Shown piece by piece: positions 1 to 8,574 of a stretch of 64,000 bases of DNA. Origin of the DNA: a virus. Its lineage: Duplodnaviria > Heunggongvirae > Uroviricota > Caudoviricetes. Numbering within the stretch: the first letter of the stretch is position 1; each line of letters begins with the position of its first letter. The stretch is taken from positions 27,410 to 91,409 of the IMG/VR virus record IMGVR_UViG_3300023174_000088. One strand, 5' to 3'. Below the pieces are notes generated by a model that saw only the letters and a list, made by a program, of their open reading frames with translations, searched no databases and was not told the origin of the DNA. The translations under genes were made by a program, and so were the position numbers.

Positions 1-63
1 AACACCATCCAGAAACATGTAATACATTGCGTCTCTGAGCCTTTCAATTTTTGATTTTTTCAT
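1..63 (-). CDS. Partial CDS whose N-terminus (MKKSKIERLRDAMYYMFLDGV...) starts at 63 and runs off the window start
   Basis: Reverse complement of 1-63 begins with ATG and has no stop before the window edge; it lies downstream of the hairpin terminator at 81-105. Confidence 0.3.
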   Translation of the reverse strand, partial: MKKSKIERLRDAMYYMFLDGV

Positions 64-80
64 AACTGTTTGATTTAAAA

Positions 81-105
81 GGAAGGGCTATGTGTTAGCC
101 CTTCC
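81..105 (-). terminator. Hairpin GGAAGGGCTA-tgtgt-TAGCCCTTCC just downstream of the 115..2442 gene
   Basis: Perfect 10-bp stem with a 5-nt loop read directly; T-rich run follows on the minus strand (TTTTAAAT). Confidence 0.5.
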
Positions 106-114
106 ATTTGTGAA

Positions 115-2442
115 TTATACAATTTCAACCATTTCTTGTTCTGTTAATTTAACCAGCTCATCTTCAGCCAGTTTTACATTGTAATTCTTCCAATCTATTC
201 TTGTCTTGTAATACTTAAACATGTCAGCAATTACTCTCAATGTTTTGCAATCATTGTCATCACTCCATCTTCTCATGTGTGAGCAAAGCTCATTTAAGAA
301 ATAAAGCTTCTCAAGAAGCGATTTCACTTGTTTATATGTATGATAGATTTCACCATCAAAGAGGTTGTGTTCTTCTGCCACAGCAAGCATTGCCTGATAT
401 GTTTCCTCACTGCATGTGTTGTAGTTTTTCTTTTTGTACTCAAGCAGCGTGTCAAGATTTTCTACAAGACTCTTGGAAACAAGTGCAAGTCTTTCGGTGC
501 GAGTGAACACATGTTCTTGTTCATCTATAAGCTTATCTATCAAATAAGCTGTTACAAGCCTCTTGAATGGTTTGTTCTTACCCTCCATAAATTTATCAAG
601 TTTAATCCAGTTGTGTAATTCTATTTTCTCTACATTTTTAAGCTCCCTATCAGAAAATGTTACAAAGCGAATATATGTGCTGCTTAAATCCTTTGATATT
701 TTAAACAGACCGTCCATCAGCTTTACATTACCATCTGTTTGTGCTGCATAAACAGTGAGATATCCAGCCTTGTATATTTTCTCAAGATTGTACGTAGTGC
801 TCACCCATTTACAGTTTTTACCCTCTACATACCTCTCCAGAGACTGGGCTTCCTTACCAACTATTTCTCCCTTAAGCTTCAACTTTCTCACCTTGGTTCC
901 TGTAACCTGTATGGAAGGAACAGACTTTTTCCTGGGGTCTGTCCAACCTTGAGGAACCTCTAGAGTGTCAATGTTTGTAAGCCCATCAATATACAAGTTT
1001 ACAATGTATTGAAACTCCTTAATGGCTGTTCTCCACAGTTTTCTGTCAATCTTACTCAATCCAAGAATGCTTACATAAGTGGCATAGTCTGGAGCTCTGT
1101 TCACATTTCCAAGCTTGAAACTGGAACTTTTTCTAATGAGACATCTGTGCTCACCCCATTTGTGAGTGTCACCTCCATAGGTTTGCTTGATGTATTCCTT
1201 CTTCTTTCCAGAAATCTTCTCGCTGTATATAAAATGCTTATGCTTATTTAACATTCCGTTAATAGAAAGTTGTGTATCATAAGACCTTTTACACTCTCTC
1301 CATTTACCATGTGCAATCTTAAAACCAACCTTATACTCTCCAAGGATGTAATCTTTGTTTCTGTGCAAAAGTTGCAAATTAAGAACAGAAATCCCTTTGA
1401 GCGTAGGCTTGGCTATGGAAATTGTAGCATGCTTCTCCAGAGAGGATATGTCATACATTGCCTTTCCAAATTCCAGATTTCTGGAATCAGAAGAGAAATA
1501 GTTCATCACCTCTACAATATTGTCTGTTTCTACAACAGATTCATTGTACTTGGATATGAAATAATCAGCAGCCTGTCTAATCTTGGCAAGGATGATTTCT
1601 TTAGCCTCCTTGGTGTAACGGATGGATTCCCTGTTTGGTGTGGGATAGAGACCATCTGTAAGACCAAATCTCAAGCCTATTGGTAGATGGATGGGGTCTA
1701 TACCAAGCTTGTTGAATTCCAACGGATAGTAGACATTATCTAGGCAAATATGCATGTTTCCATCTGTGGAAATGGGAGAAAACTGAAAATGCTCATACCT
1801 GTGTATAACAAATTCATTATCAAAGCCTTCCAGATCAAAATACACACTCTCGAAATAGGCCAATTGCTCACTGATTTTCTCAACAAACTCACGCTTATCG
1901 CTGTATTTCACAGGCAAAATCATCTTTACACCATTTGGTTCTGTTGTTGGTTTTTCATACAACAAATCGATGGTGTTAAGCTCTTCACCCTCATACATCA
2001 TATATTTTCTCTCCATTCCGTTCTTTCTGCAAACAAAATAGAAAGAAGAGCTATAGGCAAGACCTGCCTTAAAGCCCAGTCCGAACATGCCTAATTCTGT
2101 AGCACTGTTCCTCTTCGTGCTCTTACCATACTTGCTAATGATGTTCTTTACATCATCTGCATCAAGGCCTGTTCCAAAATCTTCTACAGAAAACTCATAA
2201 TTGTTGGAGCTATTCACTCTAAACCTAACTACAATAGGTTTTGTAACACCAGCTTTTCTATGGCTATCCAGAGCATTAGAGGCCCACTCTCTGATGGTGG
2301 ACCCTATTGCATCTGAATACAAGCTCTTACTTAACATCTGCATCAACATCTGTGCACTGTCTAAGTCTAGGGACATTCCTATGGAATCTTGCTGTATCCC
2401 GTCTTGGTGTACAATTGCTTCTGTTTGTTTTTCTAAGATCAT
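115..2442 (-). CDS. HSP90/GHKL-family ATPase-domain protein (775 aa)
   Basis: N-terminal motifs match the Bergerat/HSP90 ATP-binding fold: IREWASNALDSHRK (HSP90 RELISNASDA-like), VEDFGTGLD (DxGxG) and GMFGLGFKAGLAYSS (GQFGVGFYSAF-like). Confidence 0.6.
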   Translation of the reverse strand: MILEKQTEAIVHQDGIQQDSIGMSLDLDSAQMLMQMLSKSLYSDAIGSTIREWASNALDSHRKAGVTKPIVVRFRVNSSNNYEFSVEDFGTGLDADDVKNIISKYGKSTKRNSATELGMFGLGFKAGLAYSSSFYFVCRKNGMERKYMMYEGEELNTIDLLYEKPTTEPNGVKMILPVKYSDKREFVEKISEQLAYFESVYFDLEGFDNEFVIHRYEHFQFSPISTDGNMHICLDNVYYPLEFNKLGIDPIHLPIGLRFGLTDGLYPTPNRESIRYTKEAKEIILAKIRQAADYFISKYNESVVETDNIVEVMNYFSSDSRNLEFGKAMYDISSLEKHATISIAKPTLKGISVLNLQLLHRNKDYILGEYKVGFKIAHGKWRECKRSYDTQLSINGMLNKHKHFIYSEKISGKKKEYIKQTYGGDTHKWGEHRCLIRKSSSFKLGNVNRAPDYATYVSILGLSKIDRKLWRTAIKEFQYIVNLYIDGLTNIDTLEVPQGWTDPRKKSVPSIQVTGTKVRKLKLKGEIVGKEAQSLERYVEGKNCKWVSTTYNLEKIYKAGYLTVYAAQTDGNVKLMDGLFKISKDLSSTYIRFVTFSDRELKNVEKIELHNWIKLDKFMEGKNKPFKRLVTAYLIDKLIDEQEHVFTRTERLALVSKSLVENLDTLLEYKKKNYNTCSEETYQAMLAVAEEHNLFDGEIYHTYKQVKSLLEKLYFLNELCSHMRRWSDDNDCKTLRVIADMFKYYKTRIDWKNYNVKLAEDELVKLTEQEMVEIV

Positions 2443-2462
2443 AATGATTAATGTTTTTGATT

Positions 2463-3170
2463 TTAATATTCACACAGCCAATTGATTTTAACTTTACTTC
2501 TGTCTTTAATGATTCTGTCAACTTTTGTAAATACACCCTCTGTATCCCAATCACACTGCCTGTATGCAGCAGATGCTGGATGACTGATGACAAAACTCCA
2601 GCTGAATGGTGGTGTATATTTCTCATATTTTGCAGCATCCTTGCCAAGGAACACTACAGGAACACCCTCAAGGTCCACTATCTCAAAGAAATGCCTAATA
2701 AATGGTTCCCATATGGCAATATGTGAGCCTGCTTTATTGATTTCTGTTGTGAGGGCTGCGTTCATCATCAGCACACCCTGTTTGGCCAGATAGCTGACAT
2801 CAGGATTTTTGAAATAACTGAGATTGAGGCCATTATGCATCTCTCTTTCCACACCTTTGTAGAAGTTTTCCAGAGAGGGCTGTATCTTGTTTGTAACGCT
2901 ACATCCCATCAACAGCCCATCAGCCACAAATTCTCCACCAATCTCTGTATGATAGGGGCACATTCCCATCATTATTGCTTTTAGTTCTGTAAGCGGTGTT
3001 TCCCTGAAGCATCTGAATACATTAGAAGAGAGAGGGGCAATTTTATGCCCCTTTCTACTTCTCTCTTTCAAATGCTTATAAATCTGGTCACACGCTTCAC
3101 TTTCTATAAAAGGTTGCATCTTATCATGCCAACTTTCATGAAACTGTTCTTTAAACGCTTCCCATTTCAT
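2463..3170 (-). CDS. Uracil-DNA glycosylase-like protein (divergent family 1-like)
   Basis: KAIMMGMCPYHTEIGGEFVADGLLMGCSV resembles the UDG motif GQDPYH...GLxFSV; C-terminal VISHPASAAY resembles HPSPLSA. Confidence 0.6.
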   Translation of the reverse strand: MKWEAFKEQFHESWHDKMQPFIESEACDQIYKHLKERSRKGHKIAPLSSNVFRCFRETPLTELKAIMMGMCPYHTEIGGEFVADGLLMGCSVTNKIQPSLENFYKGVEREMHNGLNLSYFKNPDVSYLAKQGVLMMNAALTTEINKAGSHIAIWEPFIRHFFEIVDLEGVPVVFLGKDAAKYEKYTPPFSWSFVISHPASAAYRQCDWDTEGVFTKVDRIIKDRSKVKINWLCEY

Positions 3171-3172
3171 AA

Positions 3173-3955
3173 TTAAAATAGTTCTAATTGTGTAAACCTG
3201 CTTTCTTCTTCAGGAGTGATTTCCTTGTTCATCGAGTTTACAATAAGTCCACTCTCTGTTACAAAGAAATTATGTGCATCAATGTGGTTTTTCATCCACA
3301 GGGTGGGGTGCACTTCCTTCATAGCAAAGGTGGTGTAATTGTACAGCTCCCAGAGACTATCTTTAGCACCATAATCGTGTGTAGGGCTCCTAAGCTCTTT
3401 CTTGATGATGTTTAGCTGCGTACTCTGGATGAACTCTTCTTCAATAATCATCCTGCCAATCAGCTCAGCCTTCATTCTTTCAGATATTTCAATCTGCTTC
3501 ATCTTCTCTCTCTCACCCTGCATACGCTGGAATGCATCACCAGCGCTCTTGATGTAGTCTGTAATAGCCTGAGGAGTGAATGTCTGTATCGTACCAACAT
3601 GCTTCTTCTTGAATGCACCATAATCCCCACTTACACATCCATTTTTGCAAATGAAAATGCGTGTACCAATGGCAAACTTCAATGTGAGCGTCTTGTTGTA
3701 AGAATTCTGCCAGCCAATCTGCAGCTGCATTTCGCTATCAGCCACATTTCTGATTGTAAACATACCATTTGCCACTTGTCCACCAGCAGCAGCTGTATAG
3801 CTCTCTGTGTCTAAAGCAAACCCAGCTTTCTCAATACCACCCAATGTGAGGTCTATAAGCTCTGCGTGAGTTACAGGCTTGTACGTGCGTGTTTGTTGAG
3901 GCACTTCTGCACCAAGCAGAATTTGTTTTGTCACCTCGTAAGACTTAGTTTCCAT
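3173..3955 (-). CDS. Hypothetical protein (260 aa) in the replication module
   Basis: Long ORF tightly spaced with neighbours; no motif recognised. Confidence 0.5.
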   Translation of the reverse strand: METKSYEVTKQILLGAEVPQQTRTYKPVTHAELIDLTLGGIEKAGFALDTESYTAAAGGQVANGMFTIRNVADSEMQLQIGWQNSYNKTLTLKFAIGTRIFICKNGCVSGDYGAFKKKHVGTIQTFTPQAITDYIKSAGDAFQRMQGEREKMKQIEISERMKAELIGRMIIEEEFIQSTQLNIIKKELRSPTHDYGAKDSLWELYNYTTFAMKEVHPTLWMKNHIDAHNFFVTESGLIVNSMNKEITPEEESRFTQLELF

Positions 3956-4100
3956 TTGTCAATTTGATTTTTTGGTTTAAAAATTGTGATAGAATACCTT
4001 CCAGATTTTCCAGGGATATACATTCCACCTCATCCCATTGCGTTGTTTCCAGCCATTCTGTATTGTCTTGAATGGCCTTAATCATGTCTTCCAGTGTCAT
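3945..4100 (-). CDS. Small hypothetical acidic protein (51 aa), hand-translated
   Basis: ATG at 4100 (minus) to TAA at 3945; overlaps the start of the 3173..3955 gene by 11 nt in another frame. Confidence 0.25.
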   Translation of the reverse strand: MTLEDMIKAIQDNTEWLETTQWDEVECISLENLEGILSQFLNQKIKLTNGN

Positions 4101-4107
4101 AACTTAT

Positions 4108-4317
4108 TCAATTGTGATAATTGTTCTGATACCAATCTAATAAATAAATCAGTTTGTCTATAAGCTCTTCATCTGAATTTTTAGCCAGATCGATCAAATC
4201 TGAGGTATATTCATATTCATCTTGTGAGTGGCTAATTATAGCATTCACCAACTTTTCTCTGATTGTTTCTTCCTGGACGTTTAATCTTCCAAGAAGTCTT
4301 TTTTCTTTTTTCTTCAT
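4108..4317 (-). CDS. Small hypothetical protein (69 aa)
   Basis: ORF in the operon context. Confidence 0.35.
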   Translation of the reverse strand: MKKKEKRLLGRLNVQEETIREKLVNAIISHSQDEYEYTSDLIDLAKNSDEELIDKLIYLLDWYQNNYHN

Positions 4318-4415
4318 AATTTAGAATTTTAATATTTGTAAATAGTTTTGATAGGCTTCATCATACGTATAAGCCCAAATTCTATACCCATCAATTTCAA
4401 ATAGTTTTTTTTCCA

Positions 4416-5417
4416 TTACAATAATTGTTTTTGTTTTAAATAATCTTCTATAGATTTCAATCCATGTGTTTTGGCAAGATCAGCCCAGTCTTTGATTCCT
4501 TCCTGAAGGTATTTACGAGGGACATTGATATATCCAAAGTCAAAAAGCTTTGTAATCTGCTGTGAATTAGCCACTCCTGTAACATCAGAATCAAAGGACA
4601 GGATTTGTGTGTCAGAATTGGCCTTGAGGAATTCTACATTCTCTGGAGAGAAACATCCTATCCCCTCATTCTGCACAGCACAGCAGCAAGGATAGACCTT
4701 CTTCATCACCATATAGTCTTTCTTGCTCTTGTTGATGATGGCTGTTTTACAATTTAACACATCACTCTTCCCATCCATTTCTGTAATAGGTGTATTGTTA
4801 GGCACCCATTTTGTCCTGCGGTCATTGGTTGGTCTATAGATTTTCCAATGCCCATTGTAAAAGTAGCCAAACGTCAATTCTGTCTCTTTAAGAGAAAACA
4901 ATTGCTTGTTCAGATAGAGCTTTTTTATGGAATAGATGTTGTTGTCCCTCAAATCTTGTATGTTCTGATGGTATTGGTTCCAATAAGCCAATTCTTCCTG
5001 TGTGAATTTGCGTGTAACCACCTGAATCAGGGAATATCTTTTCACCTGTTCAGGCTGTTTATACTCACTCACCACCTGTTTATAGGCCTGTGTACCATTC
5101 CCATCCACTATACCAAGACCAAAATCCTTGTCTATCAACATCAATACATCATGTAGAGAGGATAGGCCAAACAGCATCTTTACAAAATCAAAGCATCCAC
5201 CTCTCTTGCTTGTATCTGCAAAATCGATAAATGACAAGTTGCCACTTCTGTTCCCTATGAGAAATGAGGGATTGTTCTCATTCCTAAATGGAGAATAGGT
5301 CACTTGATTGATTTTCCAGTCTCTGTTGGGCATATACCATCTGAATATGTCGTATTCTGTCACCCTTGCCAAAACATCCCTTATTTCTATGTTTCCTCTC
5401 TTTTTACCTTTAATCAT
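4416..5417 (-). CDS. DnaG-like DNA primase with a degenerate Zn-ribbon-like N-terminus and a TOPRIM domain
   Basis: YSPFRNENNPSFLI...GGCFDFV resembles the CHC2 motif CPFHxExTPSF...CFGCG with Cys/His replaced; C-terminal TOPRIM-like ILSFDSDVTG (DxD). Start moved to Met-11 at 5417 because the upstream ATG at 5447 sits inside the terminator hairpin. Confidence 0.55.
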   Translation of the reverse strand: MIKGKKRGNIEIRDVLARVTEYDIFRWYMPNRDWKINQVTYSPFRNENNPSFLIGNRSGNLSFIDFADTSKRGGCFDFVKMLFGLSSLHDVLMLIDKDFGLGIVDGNGTQAYKQVVSEYKQPEQVKRYSLIQVVTRKFTQEELAYWNQYHQNIQDLRDNNIYSIKKLYLNKQLFSLKETELTFGYFYNGHWKIYRPTNDRRTKWVPNNTPITEMDGKSDVLNCKTAIINKSKKDYMVMKKVYPCCCAVQNEGIGCFSPENVEFLKANSDTQILSFDSDVTGVANSQQITKLFDFGYINVPRKYLQEGIKDWADLAKTHGLKSIEDYLKQKQLL

Positions 5418-5433
5418 ACATATAAAGATAAAT

Positions 5434-5462
5434 AAAAGCCCCCACATCTCTGCAGGGGCTTT
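5434..5462 (-). terminator. Rho-independent terminator downstream of the putative SSB gene
   Basis: AAAGCCCC-(11 nt)-GGGGCTTT stem; on the minus strand it is followed by TTTTATTTAT. Confidence 0.55.
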
Positions 5463-5480
5463 CTTGGTTTTTGTTGAAAA

Positions 5481-6347
5481 TTAATAATCAGCTCCGTCTT
5501 CTGTTATAGTTTTGTCAGATGCTACAACATTCTCTTCTGGATTGTATTCTTTCAAATCTTTAAGGATAAAGAAGTCTTTGCATCCGTATTCACCGTTCAC
5601 ATTGAGAACAAATCTCTCATGAGGTTTCAGGTCTTTGGACTTTTTAGTACGAAGAGACCCAATAACACCAGGATTGCTGAAATCAACGAGTTTAAATTGC
5701 TTGATGCTATAAGAGGGCAAGAATGCCTTGTTATAGATGCTTTGATACTCCTTGGTTTCATCTTCCTTAATAACAGTTTTCACTGTTGCAAGGGCTACAA
5801 TGCTGGTGCTCCACTCACCATCAATCTGATCTTTCAAATCCTTGACATTACCCTTCATGAGCTTCTTCCAGTCCAATTGCAGGGTGGTTTCAGCATCACG
5901 ATAGTCGAGATTACCCAACCATGTGCGAAGGAAGTTGTAAAGATCTTCTTCTCCTGTGAATGCTACACGATATTCTCTGGAAGTGAACCAAGAAGGGAGA
6001 CTGTTAGGAGATTCTCCCCAAGAGCACGTTCCAATCGAATTAATGTATTGCTTCTTATTTCCGTCTTTATTTGTTCTTTCTTTGTCTTCAAGGAAGAAGG
6101 TCACCTTAAATTTGTCTGCACTCTTTACATCCTCAAGCCAAACATCCACACGAAGGGTGGTGTTTCCCTCTTGAGAAGTTCCTAAATACTCCAGAGACTT
6201 GCTGTCTTCCTTCACCTCAATACCAAGAACATCTTTATATTCTTCAGCATTAGGATTGATGGCCAACACTTTAGCCTCGAAGAGCCCCACCTTTTTTGTA
6301 AATTCTGGTAATTGACCTTGTTCTTTCTTTTTTCCTCCAATGTTCAT
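5481..6347 (-). CDS. Putative single-stranded DNA-binding protein
   Basis: Acidic C-terminal tail ending in an aromatic residue (…ITEDGADY), as in T7 gp2.5 and E. coli SSB tails; lies next to a Sak4-like ATPase, and Sak4/SSB pairs are common in phages; has its own strong terminator. Confidence 0.4.
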   Translation of the reverse strand: MNIGGKKKEQGQLPEFTKKVGLFEAKVLAINPNAEEYKDVLGIEVKEDSKSLEYLGTSQEGNTTLRVDVWLEDVKSADKFKVTFFLEDKERTNKDGNKKQYINSIGTCSWGESPNSLPSWFTSREYRVAFTGEEDLYNFLRTWLGNLDYRDAETTLQLDWKKLMKGNVKDLKDQIDGEWSTSIVALATVKTVIKEDETKEYQSIYNKAFLPSYSIKQFKLVDFSNPGVIGSLRTKKSKDLKPHERFVLNVNGEYGCKDFFILKDLKEYNPEENVVASDKTITEDGADY

Positions 6348-6369
6348 GTTTTCTAGTTTTAAATTGTGA

Positions 6370-7038
6370 TTAATTGTAATACTCGTCTATTGTGTCAGAC
6401 ACAAGTTGTAAATTGTTTGGAACCTTCACATCTGTGAACATTCCTTCTGGGCTTTTTGCAGGATATTTCTTATATCTGTTTGTCACAAAATAGTAGTTTG
6501 CTCCCTCTTTTGTATCTTCTATATGTGTGTAGAGACAAATCGTGAACAATCCCTCAAGGACAATCTGATTATCCAGCATCTTTCCAGATGTCTTCATCTT
6601 ATACCCTATAATCTCTCCACCATCCTCAACTGTTTCAGGATGGGAGAAATAGAAAATCTTTAAATCGTCTCGTAATTTACGGGCTTCCCTAAATAGCTCA
6701 ATCATGTCTTTAGCCATTATAGTGAACTTCATATATCCCACTTCTGTGGCTTTATCAGCCATTCGAAATGACATCATGTAATTGCTATCCTCAATCACCA
6801 CATTTTTGATGTGAGGAGCTTTTTCAGAAATCGTCTTGATTAGACGTGTAATTTCTGTAATCTCATCTACCTCCTTGTAATTTTTGTTTTCTGTGTTGTA
6901 AAGCTTTTCTGCTCCTTTGAACGGGAGCTCTTTTCTTGCTGTGTTAATGATGTAAGTTTCTTTTGAATCTAGATGTTTGATTGATGTTGACTTACCTGTA
7001 CCTGTAGCACCGATAACTCCAATTAATTTACTTGCCAT
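6370..7038 (-). CDS. Sak4-like RecA-fold ATPase (phage recombination/annealing-associated P-loop protein)
   Basis: Walker A GATGTGKST at residues 9-17; about 220 aa; adjacent to the putative SSB. Confidence 0.5.
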   Translation of the reverse strand: MASKLIGVIGATGTGKSTSIKHLDSKETYIINTARKELPFKGAEKLYNTENKNYKEVDEITEITRLIKTISEKAPHIKNVVIEDSNYMMSFRMADKATEVGYMKFTIMAKDMIELFREARKLRDDLKIFYFSHPETVEDGGEIIGYKMKTSGKMLDNQIVLEGLFTICLYTHIEDTKEGANYYFVTNRYKKYPAKSPEGMFTDVKVPNNLQLVSDTIDEYYN

Positions 7039-7055
7039 GTTTAATTTGTTTAGTT

Positions 7056-7256
7056 TTATTGCAAAGGTAAATTTAATTGCTCAGATTTCAAAACTTCTTT
7101 TTGTTCTTCAAAAAGTTTTGGGTTGTTTTTGAATTCTTCATAAAAATTTTCAATCTTTTGCAGAGAGTAACTTCCTTTCAGGTATTTGTCACCTAAATAC
7201 AGGCAATACCATGCATCATCATCAATCTTTGTTTCTTTTACAATTTTTAGTGTCAT
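7056..7256 (-). CDS. Small hypothetical protein (66 aa)
   Basis: ORF; its start overlaps the stop of the upstream helicase gene. Confidence 0.35.
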   Translation of the reverse strand: MTLKIVKETKIDDDAWYCLYLGDKYLKGSYSLQKIENFYEEFKNNPKLFEEQKEVLKSEQLNLPLQ

Positions 7257-8329
7257 ATGTATTTGATTTTAGTTTGGTCTAACATAGAAAGACTTTCTTT
7301 AATCTTTCTTAATTCTGGTAGTTCATTGAGACATATGATGTGGAGGTCTGCCACCTTGTTCTTGTAATCGAGCTTTATTGCCCTGTTCAAGATTTGGGAG
7401 GTTTCCTCAGCATTATATGTAAAGTTTAAAAGGATTACGGAGTCTAAATTCTTGTATGTCACACCCATCTTTCCCATAGCAGCAAGGGCTAAATGATTGT
7501 GCTCTTCTGATTGAAACCTCACATATCCAAGATCATCTTTGGATTTACTGTGGTAGGAAGGAATTCCCAGGTCATCAGCCACCTTTGCAAGTCCTGTAAA
7601 GACAACTACACGCTTGTCTGACAGCTTGTTAAGGAGCCTTTTCACATGCTTTATCTTTCCTATAGAGGATAGAGATAGCCTGTTCCTGGCAAGGGCTAAA
7701 TGCATGAAATTCCCACCAGACTGTTTAATCTTGTCAATCACCCACCCATAAGCATCATATTTCTGCTTTTCTGTCTTGAGTTTGCCGTTCTTATCCTTCA
7801 CCTTTACAGTGTTGTCAAGATTGACACGATGAACAGAGATTTGGTAGTCTGCAAGAATCCCGTCCTTTATACCATCATCTGTGGTGTAAGAAGCAATCTC
7901 TTGAAAATCCCATTCCATGTTTGTATCACCGCTCACAGTTCCAGACAGTCCAACAGTGTATGTGCAATTTTCCATGATTTCATGGGCATAATACCTCTCA
8001 TTCTCTGAACAGCTGTGGAATTCATCTATGACAAACATGTCAAAGCAATGTGTCACATGCTTCTTAAGAGAGCTGAAGTTTACATATGTGATGTTGGGGT
8101 TGTGATAGCCCCACTGTTCACATTCTGATTGCCATGTCTCCTTCAATTTGTTGTCTGGATAGGCTATAAGCACTGTAGCATGGGGAGCAATCAGCTTCCT
8201 CATGAGGTCTATGGTGGTTTTGCACTTACCAAACCTCATGGCCAGATTGTAATAACCTTTGCTGTTAGTCTTAAAGAACTCCAATCCCTGGTCAACAAAC
8301 TGGTTCTGTAATTTGTCTTGTTTTGTCAT
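7253..8329 (-). CDS. SF2 DEAD/DEAH-box-type DNA helicase
   Basis: Motif I-like AMRFGKCKTT, motif II VIDEFH (DExH) and motif III-like GLSGTVSG. Confidence 0.6.
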   Translation of the reverse strand: MTKQDKLQNQFVDQGLEFFKTNSKGYYNLAMRFGKCKTTIDLMRKLIAPHATVLIAYPDNKLKETWQSECEQWGYHNPNITYVNFSSLKKHVTHCFDMFVIDEFHSCSENERYYAHEIMENCTYTVGLSGTVSGDTNMEWDFQEIASYTTDDGIKDGILADYQISVHRVNLDNTVKVKDKNGKLKTEKQKYDAYGWVIDKIKQSGGNFMHLALARNRLSLSSIGKIKHVKRLLNKLSDKRVVVFTGLAKVADDLGIPSYHSKSKDDLGYVRFQSEEHNHLALAAMGKMGVTYKNLDSVILLNFTYNAEETSQILNRAIKLDYKNKVADLHIICLNELPELRKIKESLSMLDQTKIKYI

Positions 8330-8574
8330 AAGTATTTAATCAATTTGTCATCTTTGTCCTTCAAAGAAACAATCTCAAACTTCTCATCAAAATAATCTAT
8401 GGTTGTTTGATAGGCTTCTCTGGCAAATGGCCACATCTGCATAAACTGTACAAAGTGTGTAAATGTGAGAAAGTTTGAATGTCTTACATAATCAAACTTC
8501 TCCTTGTAATACTCGTACATCAGATTGAAAGATGGGGTGTCTCGTTGGCTTATGTATTCTTCTCTAGTCATCAT
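8326..8574 (-). CDS. Small hypothetical protein (82 aa)
   Basis: ORF with a 4-nt overlap to each flanking gene. Confidence 0.35.
   Translation of the reverse strand: MMTREEYISQRDTPSFNLMYEYYKEKFDYVRHSNFLTFTHFVQFMQMWPFAREAYQTTIDYFDEKFEIVSLKDKDDKLIKYL

Noticed and set aside
240-2094. Many 60-190-aa ORFs antisense to or nested within long genes (e.g. 240..506, 328..618, 5619..6185, 12156..12440, 27483..27989, 29199..29828, 34197..34940, 37387..38202, 40796..41398, 46463..47071, 57473..58186)
   Set aside because: They lie wholly inside much longer ORFs with recognisable domains. Several are low-complexity mirror frames, and none shows a motif or gene-junction logic.
4416-5447. Primase start at the most upstream ATG (5447)
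   Set aside because: The first ten codons lie inside the GC-clamp terminator hairpin of the upstream gene and encode a hydrophobic MWGLLFIFIC stretch. Met-11 at 5417 is the more plausible start.
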